A DNA stretch of 44,341 nt from Deinococcales bacterium (GCA_031414595.1 JANNVX010000090.1:1-44341); one strand, 5' to 3'. Numbered from the stretch's first letter, positions 27,170 through 36,838 are shown. Notes: generated by a model from the sequence alone, not told the origin. Program-made: numbers and translations.

Positions 27170-29976
27170 CTAAAATTTTCTTGTAATGTTTGTACCCACC
27201 GACGTACATATTTACTCTTATGCGTCGCAAGCGTTGGAAGTGATTTCTTAATCAAATCAAACAATGGTTTTTTAAGTTTCTGAAAATTCTGAAATGCTGA
27301 TTGTAGTATTGCTTGTATAACGTATTGACTCCCATTTTCTAGTTCAGTGCGGATAGTATTCATGATCAAACCATTTAAGGGATTTTTATTACTAGGTATA
27401 AATTTTACCAGCAATGAGAGAGCTTCCCCACGAATCCGTTGGCTCGTGTTTTTTGTTAGATTGTGAAGACAAAGTATCCAAATCTCATTCTGCTGTTTAC
27501 TTAACAGTATGCTGCACACATCTGATGCAGCAAGCAAAATATCAGGTTCTGTTTCTGTATTCAACGCTTTTAACAAAATCTCCCGCTCAGCAATGCTCAA
27601 AGTTTTTCCAAGCAATGCTTTTACTTGTAGCCAACGTAGTTGGGGTACTACCTTTTTGCTGCTTGAAAAAATAATACTTTCAATTTCTCGAGAATTAATG
27701 TGACTGGCATCTATTTTTCCTATGGCTATTCCCACAATATCCTTTTGTTTGTCGGGCATAACCTCAAGTAATTCAATGAGTGCCTTCATGTCTGATGCTT
27801 TATATATGCTTTCGATGTTTGAATTTTGTAACGCAAGCAATAACTGCTCGGCAATTTTTCCTAAATCGAGCGACTGAAGCTCTATTGGATATGCTTGATA
27901 AGCGGAAGCAACAAGTCTCAAATCCACAAAACGACCAGAACTTATACTTTCATTGCCCTCGATTTTCTCAAGTTTTTTAGAATAGTCAGAGATATATTTT
28001 TGAATCCAACTTAAAATTAATGGAGCAGCAGTTGAATGATGTCGGTCAGTTAAATATGCCCAAATAAGTGTTTCTTTTTCGGAATTCGTATCAGCATCAG
28101 CAAAATTAGTATTGTCGTTCAGGAAGTTCAGAATGTAATGATCGATAATTGGTTCAAGTTCCAAAAATACCCTTCCAATACGCCATAGAATACCGATTGA
28201 AAATCGGAAATCCCATGATTGCTTAGGACTTAATTCAATAAGTACATTGGTAACTTCAGTAGCTATTTCACTTTCTGAATCTTTCCAGTCATGTTGTGCA
28301 ATTAATTTCCAGAAACCATGTACATCTGGCGTTTGATTTCGTATTACTTGTACGAGTTCAGAGATTTGTGAAGTTGTTAAAGTTGCAATTTCAGAAAAAG
28401 CATCAATAAAATAAATAGGATAGTGATTTCTTCCTCTTATCATCGGAATTTGAATATCGAAATTACTTTTATAGTATCGCATCGTCAAACCAAAAAATTC
28501 ATCTGAAACTGATTTTTGAGTTGATTGAGAAAAGTAAAAGCCTAGTTCTCGGATTATACGAAGTATCATTATTGAAATCTCATCGGCTGCACGCCCATGA
28601 CCTTCTTTTGGTCGGGTTAAAGCAAGTTTTTCAAGAGTTAAACCTAATCCGTCCGTTGGTGTTTCTAAACACTTCACAAAAGCGGTTTGTTCACTCTTAA
28701 TTAACTTTTCCAAGTATTTGTCATCTTTAGCAGCTACAAGCAACTCTATAGACATTGCTAGGGTGTCAGAATCAGAGCGATTTGTTGCGTGATAATAGTT
28801 CAAGCCTCCTAACGCTGTCTTGATTCGAGTTTTTCGAGTAGTTGTGAGGTCGCCAACCAAATAGCCCAATGCTAACGCTCGATTCATTGCCATTATTCCG
28901 TCGCCTATACCTCCACCAAATCGCCACGAACCTTCGAGCTTAAAATTTAATTCAAAGGCTTCTTTATTGATTTCGAGAGTAATTTCGTTGATGCTTGAAT
29001 CTTGTGCAGGATGGCTATACCAAGTGGGTATTTTCCTAGCATCCTCAACCAGTTCAGCAGTTTTATCCCAATCATTATTAAATCGCAGAATATCAAATTC
29101 AAGTGCCTGCCTAAACCAATTTCGGTTTTTCTCATTGGGTATTGACTCAAGTTGTCCCATTGCTGTTCTATAGCACAACAGCGATTCGGTGGAATCTCCT
29201 AATTCATACGCTAATGTTCCACGCAATCGGTGATATGCAATTCGTCTTGTGGATTCCAGCTTATCTACTCTGACAGAATCAAGTTTGCTTTTGGCTGTTT
29301 CAAAATCTCCTTCAATGGACAAAATCACAACGTCTTCTAAAATTTCTGCATCAAGTTTATCCACCTTTTCTTTTGCTGCTTTAATCATTTCAGAATATGC
29401 CGTGAAATCCGAATGCTGCAAAATTGAATTCAGTTTTTCCGACCAAGGAATCAAATGATATATGCCCATCAAATCCTCGAGTACGGGTATTGCTCCAACT
29501 TTTGGGTCTATAATATCGGATTTAAGCGGATTAACTATTTCAACAGGTCGAGGCTTACTTACTAGATCTATAATTAAATCCATTTTTTCAGTATCTCGAT
29601 CTCGTTTTTCGTTTAGTATTTTAATAGCTGGTTCTGCAACACGAATATGAAAATCTTGTAATTCTGTTAAAATTGCGTTTTGCTTCACACACAGTTTTTC
29701 ATCTTGAAAAATATTCAATTTAATAAAAACGCTATGCAATTCTTGTATTGTGGCAGCTTGAGAGAATTCTCTACTAATAACCCTATCTCTTTTCAAAAAC
29801 GTTAGCGTTCCATTGATTTCGTCGCGCCGCTCTAGGTAACTTAGTACCTGAGTGACAAAATCTCGTAAGAAAGCCTCTTTTTTTGCTTCTTCGAGTTGTC
29901 CTTTGAAAAACAGACGAATCCTATCTAAGATTCCCACAGTTGCATCTGCACTTCCCAAAAACTCAACAAATCCCAT
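27166..29976 (-). CDS. Large AT-rich hypothetical protein (about 936 aa), helical repeat-like (TPR-like N-half, HEAT-like C-terminus)
   Basis: Long open frame; visibly lower GC than its flanks; TGaTATAGT 5 nt before ATG 29976; no recognisable enzyme motif. Confidence 0.75.
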   Translation of the reverse strand: MGFVEFLGSADATVGILDRIRLFFKGQLEEAKKEAFLRDFVTQVLSYLERRDEINGTLTFLKRDRVISREFSQAATIQELHSVFIKLNIFQDEKLCVKQNAILTELQDFHIRVAEPAIKILNEKRDRDTEKMDLIIDLVSKPRPVEIVNPLKSDIIDPKVGAIPVLEDLMGIYHLIPWSEKLNSILQHSDFTAYSEMIKAAKEKVDKLDAEILEDVVILSIEGDFETAKSKLDSVRVDKLESTRRIAYHRLRGTLAYELGDSTESLLCYRTAMGQLESIPNEKNRNWFRQALEFDILRFNNDWDKTAELVEDARKIPTWYSHPAQDSSINEITLEINKEAFELNFKLEGSWRFGGGIGDGIMAMNRALALGYLVGDLTTTRKTRIKTALGGLNYYHATNRSDSDTLAMSIELLVAAKDDKYLEKLIKSEQTAFVKCLETPTDGLGLTLEKLALTRPKEGHGRAADEISIMILRIIRELGFYFSQSTQKSVSDEFFGLTMRYYKSNFDIQIPMIRGRNHYPIYFIDAFSEIATLTTSQISELVQVIRNQTPDVHGFWKLIAQHDWKDSESEIATEVTNVLIELSPKQSWDFRFSIGILWRIGRVFLELEPIIDHYILNFLNDNTNFADADTNSEKETLIWAYLTDRHHSTAAPLILSWIQKYISDYSKKLEKIEGNESISSGRFVDLRLVASAYQAYPIELQSLDLGKIAEQLLLALQNSNIESIYKASDMKALIELLEVMPDKQKDIVGIAIGKIDASHINSREIESIIFSSSKKVVPQLRWLQVKALLGKTLSIAEREILLKALNTETEPDILLAASDVCSILLSKQQNEIWILCLHNLTKNTSQRIRGEALSLLVKFIPSNKNPLNGLIMNTIRTELENGSQYVIQAILQSAFQNFQKLKKPLFDLIKKSLPTLATHKSKYVRRWVQTLQENFS

Positions 29977-30082
29977 GACCAACTATATCAAAAAATTCTG
30001 ATATGAGCAGAACACTTTGTTCAATTAAGTGTTAAGGGTTTGCTTTACCAATTTGACAATTGAAATACTCTTTTTGATAGGT

Positions 30083-30315
30083 TTACCCTAAAGTTAATAA
30101 ATATTGCACCACGTCCGTAGCGATATACCTCATCCCATACTGCTCGAGGAAACCTTTCATGTGCAGTAACTCATCGCTGCTTGTGACCAGTAAAGGCTCG
30201 AGATTTGCGCCGCGTTGCTGTGGGTAATCTTGCCATGAGCGCATTGCAGAGGCATTTGCGTCCTGTAGTGTCCTCGAGTCGCCCGCCTTTTTTGAGGTAC
30301 GTGGCTTGGTTTCTT
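30083..30315 (-). pseudogene. Frameshifted 3' fragment of a nitronate monooxygenase-like gene
   Basis: Minus strand reads YLKKGGRLEDTTGRKCLCNALMA, then after a frameshift YPQQRGANLEPLLVTSSDELLHMKGFLEQYGMRYIATDVVQYLLTLG*. Matches a remembered NMO-family C-terminus. Confidence 0.6.
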
Positions 30316-30320
30316 TACAT

Positions 30321-30968
30321 TCAATTTTTTTGCAATTTTACCTTGATACCATCAATAATCAGTTGTAATCCAGTTTCAAAACTATTTCTAAACAGGTTGT
30401 CGGTCAGAGGCTCGAGTAGCGTTCTGGTATTGATAAAATCAGTCTGGTTTTCGCTCTCGAGGCGTTCTGTGCCGGTGTGCGGGGTGGTGTTTTGTAATTC
30501 ACTGATTTCAAGAATCACAAAGCCAGTCACCAAAGCAAATACACTATCGCCAACTTGAACTGTGGCGGTTGGGTCAAGTCCAGCCTCGAGCAGTGTGCCA
30601 AGTAAGGTGTCGAGGGCTTTGAGTTCGTTATGCCCGATATGATTAGAGGCAATTAAACTCGGAAAGAGTTTGTGATGTCGCAGTGCCAAAGCCCTGAAAC
30701 GGTGGGCAAGCTCGAGCAGTTTGTCTTGCCAGTGGTCGGGCATGGGCTGGTCTTCGGCTAACAACTCGCCAAAAATCGTGTCATAAATACCTTCCATCAG
30801 GGCAGCTTTACTAGGGATATGATGATAAACCGCCATTGGGTCTACCCCAAGCCGAGTGGCTAGGGAACGCATTGAGAATTTCTCGAGTCCAGCTTGGTTA
30901 ATTTGCTCCAAAGCCATTTGGTAAATCAGTTCGGGACTGAGCGGAATACGTGGTTTTGCTTTTGCCAT
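30321..30968 (-). CDS. TetR-family transcriptional regulator (TetR_C type)
   Basis: GLEKFSMRSLATRLGVDPMAVYHHIPSKAAL HTH; FETGLQLIIDG C-terminus. Confidence 0.92.
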   Translation of the reverse strand: MAKAKPRIPLSPELIYQMALEQINQAGLEKFSMRSLATRLGVDPMAVYHHIPSKAALMEGIYDTIFGELLAEDQPMPDHWQDKLLELAHRFRALALRHHKLFPSLIASNHIGHNELKALDTLLGTLLEAGLDPTATVQVGDSVFALVTGFVILEISELQNTTPHTGTERLESENQTDFINTRTLLEPLTDNLFRNSFETGLQLIIDGIKVKLQKN

Positions 30969-30987
30969 GATTGACCTCTTGCAATTA

Positions 30988-31028
30988 TTCTACACTGTAG
31001 AGTATATTGACAACTCTACAGTGTAGAA
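30988..31028. promoter_or_regulatory. Twin palindromic TetR operators
   Basis: TCTACA-c-TGTAGA (30989-31001) and TCTACA-g-TGTAGA (31015-31027) between the divergent tetR and doxX genes. Confidence 0.85.
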
Positions 31029-31053
31029 ATTTAGTCTTGTTTTAAGGAGAAAA

Positions 31054-31446
31054 ATGTCTAAGCTCATCACCACCCAACGCCTCTACTGGATTGCCACTGG
31101 ATTGTTTGTCCTGCTCTTTGGCGGATCAATTATCCTTGCCCTCTCAGACTTGGGCGAATCCTTTAGGGAATATGCCCACCTCGAATTCCCCGCTTGGTCG
31201 GTTTACTTCAATACCGTTGCTAAAGCCCTTGGGCTATGCGCTATACTTTCCAATCAATCCAGAACCCTAAAAGACTTTGCCTTCGCTGGATTCTTATATG
31301 ACTTGCTGCTTGCCCTTGGCGGTCATATTGCCCAAATGGAAATTAAGGTGCTGCTCCCAATTGCTGGCTTGGGAATCTGGGGATTTGCTTTTTATATGGA
31401 CAGAATTTACTTCTCATCTGTACACCTCAAAACAAACTCCATCTAA
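31054..31446 (+). CDS. DoxX-like membrane protein
   Basis: YWIATGL...HLEFP...LKDFAFAGFLYDL; SD AAGGAG. Confidence 0.75.
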   Translation: MSKLITTQRLYWIATGLFVLLFGGSIILALSDLGESFREYAHLEFPAWSVYFNTVAKALGLCAILSNQSRTLKDFAFAGFLYDLLLALGGHIAQMEIKVLLPIAGLGIWGFAFYMDRIYFSSVHLKTNSI

Positions 31447-31503
31447 AGTCGGATGACACCTACACCATAAAAACGCCATAATTTTGATCAACAAAGGGGC
31501 AAT

Positions 31504-32583
31504 ATGACAAATACAATGGTACAAAATAATTTTTCTAAACTCGAGTGGCAACGCTTTGAACAAATTGGCGCTTGGGCAGTCCTGCTTGGCGTTTTCACCA
31601 CGCTTTTTGGTTTAAGTTGGGATGTCCAATGGCACACCGATGTCGGACCAGATACTTTTTGGACACTACCGCATATCTTTGTCTACACTGGTGCAGCCCT
31701 GACTGGCGCAGCAGCCCTAACCGTGGTACTGCTCTGTACTTTTGCCAAAGAACAACGACGTGCAGGTTGGATACCCGTTTTTGGTTTTTTCTATGCACCC
31801 ATCGGTTTTATCGTTTCTGGTTTTGGGGCGTTTGGTTTCTTGTTGTTTGGATTATTTGACCAGTATTGGCATACAGTTTTTGGCTTTGATGTGACCATTA
31901 GCTCACCGCCGCACCTTGGACTGATTCTATCTGATGTGCTGAGTATGGTTGGTTGCGCCCTGATTTTTGTGCGTGGAAACAAAACCCAAACCATCGGTAT
32001 CAGTATCGCCACTGCCTTAGCAATAGCATTTTCTTTACCCTTTATGATTGCGATTTTTGCCGATTTTGGCTTGGATATACCACTTCTTGGTTTACAAGCC
32101 CTGCTGATTCCACTTGGAATGCTATTTGTGGTCTCGAGTACCCGTCAGCCTTATGCGGTACTGCTGATGAGTGTCGTACTGGTGGCATTTAGATGGTTAT
32201 GCGAACTGATTTTTCCAACTATTACCGTTGCGTATGCCGAATCGCTGGGTTTATCTTTACGCGACTTTGCCAGTAACCAACCGGAATTACCGATGCTGAT
32301 ACCAATCTTAAGTCCAGTGGCTGGCTTGGTGGTCATGGGATTACTGATGTTTTGGAAAGCTCGAAAGTTATCAGTCTTAGCGGGGGTACTGCTCTCTGGC
32401 ACAATCGCCGCCCCGTTACTGTACCTCGACTCGAGTCTGATTCCAATAAAAGGCGAAACTGCACTGCTGCTGATTCCATTTACGTTGGTGGGCGCACTCA
32501 GCGCTTGGCTTGGCTGGCAACTTGGCGTGGTGGCACGCCGTAGTAATGCCGACATCAATTCACTCGAGCAGGTGAACGCATGA
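31504..32583 (+). CDS. Polytopic membrane protein
   Basis: WDVQWHTDVGPDTFWTLPH and DQYWH...SPPH His/Trp motifs; many TMs. Confidence 0.75.
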   Translation: MTNTMVQNNFSKLEWQRFEQIGAWAVLLGVFTTLFGLSWDVQWHTDVGPDTFWTLPHIFVYTGAALTGAAALTVVLLCTFAKEQRRAGWIPVFGFFYAPIGFIVSGFGAFGFLLFGLFDQYWHTVFGFDVTISSPPHLGLILSDVLSMVGCALIFVRGNKTQTIGISIATALAIAFSLPFMIAIFADFGLDIPLLGLQALLIPLGMLFVVSSTRQPYAVLLMSVVLVAFRWLCELIFPTITVAYAESLGLSLRDFASNQPELPMLIPILSPVAGLVVMGLLMFWKARKLSVLAGVLLSGTIAAPLLYLDSSLIPIKGETALLLIPFTLVGALSAWLGWQLGVVARRSNADINSLEQVNA

Positions 32584-33083
32584 GGCACTGGTTGATTGTA
32601 TTACTGGGATTTTTTGTCCTCGAGACTGCGCTGGCTAACCCACTCAAACACACCGAAACGCTGATGGTTGGCAAGACCAAAGTGATTATTGGATTTAACG
32701 AATACCCACTCCAAGCCGAACGTTCCCTTGACCTGACCTTTAACCCAGAAGGTGGGATTAGCAACAAAAAAGGCGCAATCGAGTTTATCCGACCCAACGG
32801 CGAAAAATGGTTCACCACGACCTTACCGCGTTACACTCGAGACCGTAGTGTTTGGGGATTTGATAACCAAGCCTTCCCAACCCAAGGACAATGGACAATG
32901 AAAATCAATATCAACGGCAGTGTCGCCTCAATCCCGCTCACCGTTGACGCACGACCAGTTGGACCCTCGAGCAACCTGATTATTACCTTAGCCCTAATTC
33001 CAATACTGGCAGTTTTTACCCTTGCGATTCGCGCTTGGAAATGGGTGCGACCACTGCGCCATCTTGAATCCAGAACTTGGTAG
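32580..33083 (+). CDS. Exported protein with a C-terminal membrane anchor
   Basis: Signal peptide (ALA), beta-rich domain, C-terminal TM; ATGA overlap with the upstream gene. Confidence 0.7.
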   Translation: MRHWLIVLLGFFVLETALANPLKHTETLMVGKTKVIIGFNEYPLQAERSLDLTFNPEGGISNKKGAIEFIRPNGEKWFTTTLPRYTRDRSVWGFDNQAFPTQGQWTMKININGSVASIPLTVDARPVGPSSNLIITLALIPILAVFTLAIRAWKWVRPLRHLESRTW

Positions 33084-33092
33084 ACTCGAGAC

Positions 33093-33947
33093 ATGAGCCA
33101 TGTTTTAACTGCCATAAAAAACATTCTGGCAGGGCAGCATTTTAGCCTAAGCGACCAAGCAGTTGGGATAAATCGGGTCAACCGACAAGGTGAAGCCTTT
33201 GAAGTTTTTATGCGCCGAGCCTTTGCCAATGATTTTACCGCCGCTTCTGAAATAGAACTGACCAAAAGAACTCAGGGCATTTTTTCCTATGCTTCGAGCG
33301 GTTCAAATCCACCAGACTTGATTCTACGTGGTGGAGATGCAATCGAAATCAAGAAATTTGAGAAAGCTGTTTCCACAATTCAATTAAATAGCTCGTACCC
33401 TAAAGCATTCTTAGATAGCAATTATGCGCTTTTGACCGAAGAATGTCGTCGGTGTGAACCAAACTGGATTCGTAAGGATTTAATTTATGTTCTAGCCGTG
33501 ATTCAAAGTAAAAAAATTCAAGAACTCTGGTTTGTAGATGGCGCTTGCTATGCTGCCAGCCGTGAAGTTTATGAATCCGTGTTTGAGCGCATAAAAACTT
33601 CAGTTCACTCGAGCATCGGTTTAGAGGTCACCAATTCAGAATTGGGTCGGATTATCAATGTTGACCCATTACAACGCACCCAATTACGAATTCGCGGGAT
33701 GTGGTTGATGGAACATCCTCGGGTTGCTTTTGCTTCGCTTTTTACACCTTCTAAACGTGCCAAATTAACGATTCGCGTCGTCTTACGTGAATCAAAGTAC
33801 CAAAAGTTTATTGCAGACACCCCTAACATTGAAGCCGAATTACAGCAACTCGGTTGTGTTATTCGACCTAACGATGTCCTCGACCCAAATAACCGTGCCA
33901 AAGTTATACCCGTAACAACACTGCAATTTGAGGCGGGTTATGCCTAA
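33093..33947 (+). CDS. Type II restriction endonuclease, NgoPII-like (predicted GGCC)
   Basis: NRVNRQGEAFE, NPPDLILRGGDAIEIKK, IQLNSSYPK, VDPL...LRIRGMW resemble the NgoPII family. Confidence 0.82.
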   Translation: MSHVLTAIKNILAGQHFSLSDQAVGINRVNRQGEAFEVFMRRAFANDFTAASEIELTKRTQGIFSYASSGSNPPDLILRGGDAIEIKKFEKAVSTIQLNSSYPKAFLDSNYALLTEECRRCEPNWIRKDLIYVLAVIQSKKIQELWFVDGACYAASREVYESVFERIKTSVHSSIGLEVTNSELGRIINVDPLQRTQLRIRGMWLMEHPRVAFASLFTPSKRAKLTIRVVLRESKYQKFIADTPNIEAELQQLGCVIRPNDVLDPNNRAKVIPVTTLQFEAGYA

Positions 33948-35067
33948 CCTGATTTCATTATTTTCTGGGGCTGGTGGACTGGATTTAGGTTTCCATTGGG
34001 CGGGTTTTCGCACCCTCTGGGCAAATGAATTTGATAAAGAAATCTGGACGACTTTTCAACATAATTTCCCACAAACGTATCTCGAGAAAAAAAGTATCAC
34101 CCAAATTTCTATAGATGACATACCAAAAGCCACAGGACTGATTGGCGGACCACCCTGCCAAAGTTGGTCTGAGGCTGGTGCTGGACGTGGTTTTTCGGAT
34201 ACTCGAGGTCGGTTGTTTACAGATTATATTCGGGTTTTAGAAGCCAAGCAACCGCTTTTTTTTGTGGCAGAAAATGTGTCTGGCATTCTGCATCAAAAGC
34301 ATCAAGCCAGCGTGCATGGTTTTCTTCAAGCCTTTGAAGAAGCTGGTTATTCTGTGCGCGTTATTTCGGTCAATGCCAATGACTTCGGTGTAGCCCAAGA
34401 ACGCCATCGGGTTTTTTTTATCGGCTATCGTTTAGACACAGGTAAGATTTTTCAGATGCCACCAGCTTATTTTTTGCGTCCAACACTCGAAAACGCCATT
34501 CGAGATTTAGAACATACTGCCACCCCTGCGCTCGAGAAAAATTATGCCAACCCGCACCTCGAGATTCCCAACCACGAGTATTGGCAGGGTGATTTCTCGA
34601 GCCATTATTTATCGCGCAATCGGGTTCGAGTTTGGGATGAGCCTTCGTTTACGATCCAAGCCAGTGGTCGCCATGCCCCAATGCACCCTCAAGCCCCAAG
34701 AATGGAATTTGTACACCGTGACTTATTTCGGTTCGCTGATGGTTACGAACATCTGTATCGGCGTTTAAGTGTACGTGAAGCGGCTCGAGTACAAAGTTTT
34801 CCAGATTCTTTTATTTTTTACTATAAAAATCTGGCTGATGGTTATAAAATGGTGGGCAATGCCGTACCTCCAAAACTGGCAAGGGTGATTGCTGAGCAAA
34901 TCCGTGCTGATTTATTTGTGCCAAGCATTGAATTCCAATCGAATGTCGCACAAGACGGACTGAATAAGCAATCAGTGTTTGCTCCTCCAATACCAATCTT
35001 TAAAACGCATTTTCGTTCAAAATTGGCGAATGACCAAACGAAAATCAGTGGCAAATCTAGCCTTTGA
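33940..35067 (+). CDS. C5-cytosine DNA methyltransferase, HaeIII/NgoPII-like (predicted GGCC)
   Basis: FSGAGG, GGPPCQSWS, ENV, QERHRV, target-recognition segment SRNRVR.W.EP.FTIQASGR..HPQAP, GNAVPP. Confidence 0.92.
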   Translation: MPNLISLFSGAGGLDLGFHWAGFRTLWANEFDKEIWTTFQHNFPQTYLEKKSITQISIDDIPKATGLIGGPPCQSWSEAGAGRGFSDTRGRLFTDYIRVLEAKQPLFFVAENVSGILHQKHQASVHGFLQAFEEAGYSVRVISVNANDFGVAQERHRVFFIGYRLDTGKIFQMPPAYFLRPTLENAIRDLEHTATPALEKNYANPHLEIPNHEYWQGDFSSHYLSRNRVRVWDEPSFTIQASGRHAPMHPQAPRMEFVHRDLFRFADGYEHLYRRLSVREAARVQSFPDSFIFYYKNLADGYKMVGNAVPPKLARVIAEQIRADLFVPSIEFQSNVAQDGLNKQSVFAPPIPIFKTHFRSKLANDQTKISGKSSL

Positions 35068-35911
35068 CCGCACCACTGGTCAGCCCAGAAACCAAGTGCT
35101 TTTGCACAAATAACGAGAATATAAATACTGGCAGCACTGTTAAAACCCCACCTGCTGCCATTGCTCCCCATTTAATCTCGAGGATTGGTACAACCAAATT
35201 CGATAGTGCCACGGGTAATGTTTGTGAATTTGGTGTGCTGGATAAGATAACTGCGAAGAAAAATTCGTTCCAAGAACCAATGGCAGTTAAAATTGCTACG
35301 GCAGCTAAGCCGGGTGCGGCTAAGGGCAGAACAATTTTCCACAAGGCTTGCCAGCGTGTGCAGCCATCTATCAGGGCGGCTTCCTCGAGTTCGACGGGTA
35401 ATTCACGAAAAAAACCAACCAATAACCAGACAGAAGTAGGCAAACTAAAACTAAGATGCGCGAGGGCAATGCCCCAAACTGTGTCACCTAAACCACTGCC
35501 TGTAATCATTAAAAAAATAGGAATCACAATCGCGGCGGCTGGTGCCATGCGTTGAATAAACAGCATTGGCATAAAAAGATTCTCGCCAACACCAAGGCGA
35601 GCAATCGCATATGCTCCAAAAGCACCTAAGCCCACCGAACCCAGTGTGGTAATAACGGCAACCACAAAGGAGTTTCGCATAAATTCGGTGAAACGCAAAT
35701 TGGTGAACAGTTCAGCGTAATGCGAAAAGGTAATTGAACTTGGAAACCATTGTGGCGGGTCAGTGAAAAATTGACCATCTTGCTTGAAAGAAGTTACAAA
35801 CATCCACCAAATCGGTAAGAATTCAACCACCATCAGCAAAACAGCCAAGACCAGCGCTACAGTTGCCATCGTTTTCTTTTGTGAAAAGGCTGACGCGCCT
35901 TTTGAATTCAT
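35057..35911 (-). CDS. Carbohydrate ABC transporter permease (MalG-like)
   Basis: ELEEAALIDGC EAA motif, GLTSGAVKG end; ATG 35911 overlaps the upstream stop. Confidence 0.92.
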   Translation of the reverse strand: MNSKGASAFSQKKTMATVALVLAVLLMVVEFLPIWWMFVTSFKQDGQFFTDPPQWFPSSITFSHYAELFTNLRFTEFMRNSFVVAVITTLGSVGLGAFGAYAIARLGVGENLFMPMLFIQRMAPAAAIVIPIFLMITGSGLGDTVWGIALAHLSFSLPTSVWLLVGFFRELPVELEEAALIDGCTRWQALWKIVLPLAAPGLAAVAILTAIGSWNEFFFAVILSSTPNSQTLPVALSNLVVPILEIKWGAMAAGGVLTVLPVFIFSLFVQKHLVSGLTSGAVKG

Positions 35912-36822
35912 TTTGCCCCCTTTGCTCGTTGTGACAACCACAACACAGCCGCAGCACACACCAGCATGACCAGCATCAATGCCACTGCCAAGGTACTGCC
36001 GTAACCAAGATTAAAACTCGAGAAAGCAGTGCGGTACACATGAAAAGAAATCAGGTTGGTGGCATCGCCAGGTCCTCCACCCGTTAAGTTATAAACAATG
36101 GCAAAAGTCTTAAAACCATCCATGATGCGTGAAAGCATAATAATCAGGGTGAATGGTGCAAGGTGAGGCAGGATAATGTGTCGAAAAATAGCCCAGTTGT
36201 TCGCGCCATCCATCGCTGCCGCTTCGTATTCTTCGGCGGAAATGGTTTGTAAACCCGCCGTGAAAATCAGGAAACTAAACGGATACCACTGCCAAACCGT
36301 GGCAATCACAATGCTCACCATTGCCAGTTGCGGCGAAGCCAACCACAGCACGTCTTCCTGAATTAAACCCATGCCTTTCAGGATGGCGTTCAGTGGTCCA
36401 AACGGCGAGGCATACATCATCTTCCAGACCAAAGCAATCACCACAGGTGAAAGCATCATTGGTAAAAGCAAAATCGCTCGAATAAAACCTCGAGCCTGCA
36501 TGGTGCGGTTTAGGAGTAACGCCAGACCCAAACCCAAGAGTAATTCGATAGGCAGCGCAATCCCCAAGAAAATAAGGGTGGTTCGCATCGCCCCAAAAAA
36601 AGCCTCATCTTCAAACAAACGCACCCAATTACGAAACCAAACAAAGGCTTGTGGTTCTGGGCTGGTGATGTAATTCCAACGAAAAAAAGTCAGCCAAATC
36701 ACACGCAGCACAGGGTACAAACTGATAACAGCCAGCAGCAGTAAAGTTGGTGTGAGCAGCGTCCAAGCAAATACAGCATTGGGATTACTTTTTTTGCGTT
36801 TGATCGGGTGGGAATCAGTCAT
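35908..36822 (-). CDS. Carbohydrate ABC transporter permease (MalF-like)
   Basis: YEAAAMDGA, LTGGGPG. Confidence 0.92.
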   Translation of the reverse strand: MTDSHPIKRKKSNPNAVFAWTLLTPTLLLLAVISLYPVLRVIWLTFFRWNYITSPEPQAFVWFRNWVRLFEDEAFFGAMRTTLIFLGIALPIELLLGLGLALLLNRTMQARGFIRAILLLPMMLSPVVIALVWKMMYASPFGPLNAILKGMGLIQEDVLWLASPQLAMVSIVIATVWQWYPFSFLIFTAGLQTISAEEYEAAAMDGANNWAIFRHIILPHLAPFTLIIMLSRIMDGFKTFAIVYNLTGGGPGDATNLISFHVYRTAFSSFNLGYGSTLAVALMLVMLVCAAAVLWLSQRAKGAK

Positions 36823-36838
36823 AACCCTCGTTTAGCAA

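Noticed and set aside
30205-30558. 117-aa plus-strand ORF and the many other short antisense ORFs in the track
   Set aside because: They shadow well-supported genes on the opposite strand or in other frames, and lack start signals or motifs.
33940-35067. The C5 methyltransferase as the cause of CTCGAG enrichment
   Set aside because: Its target-recognition region resembles GGCC-specific HaeIII/NgoPII enzymes, and it is paired with a nuclease, which predicts avoidance rather than enrichment.
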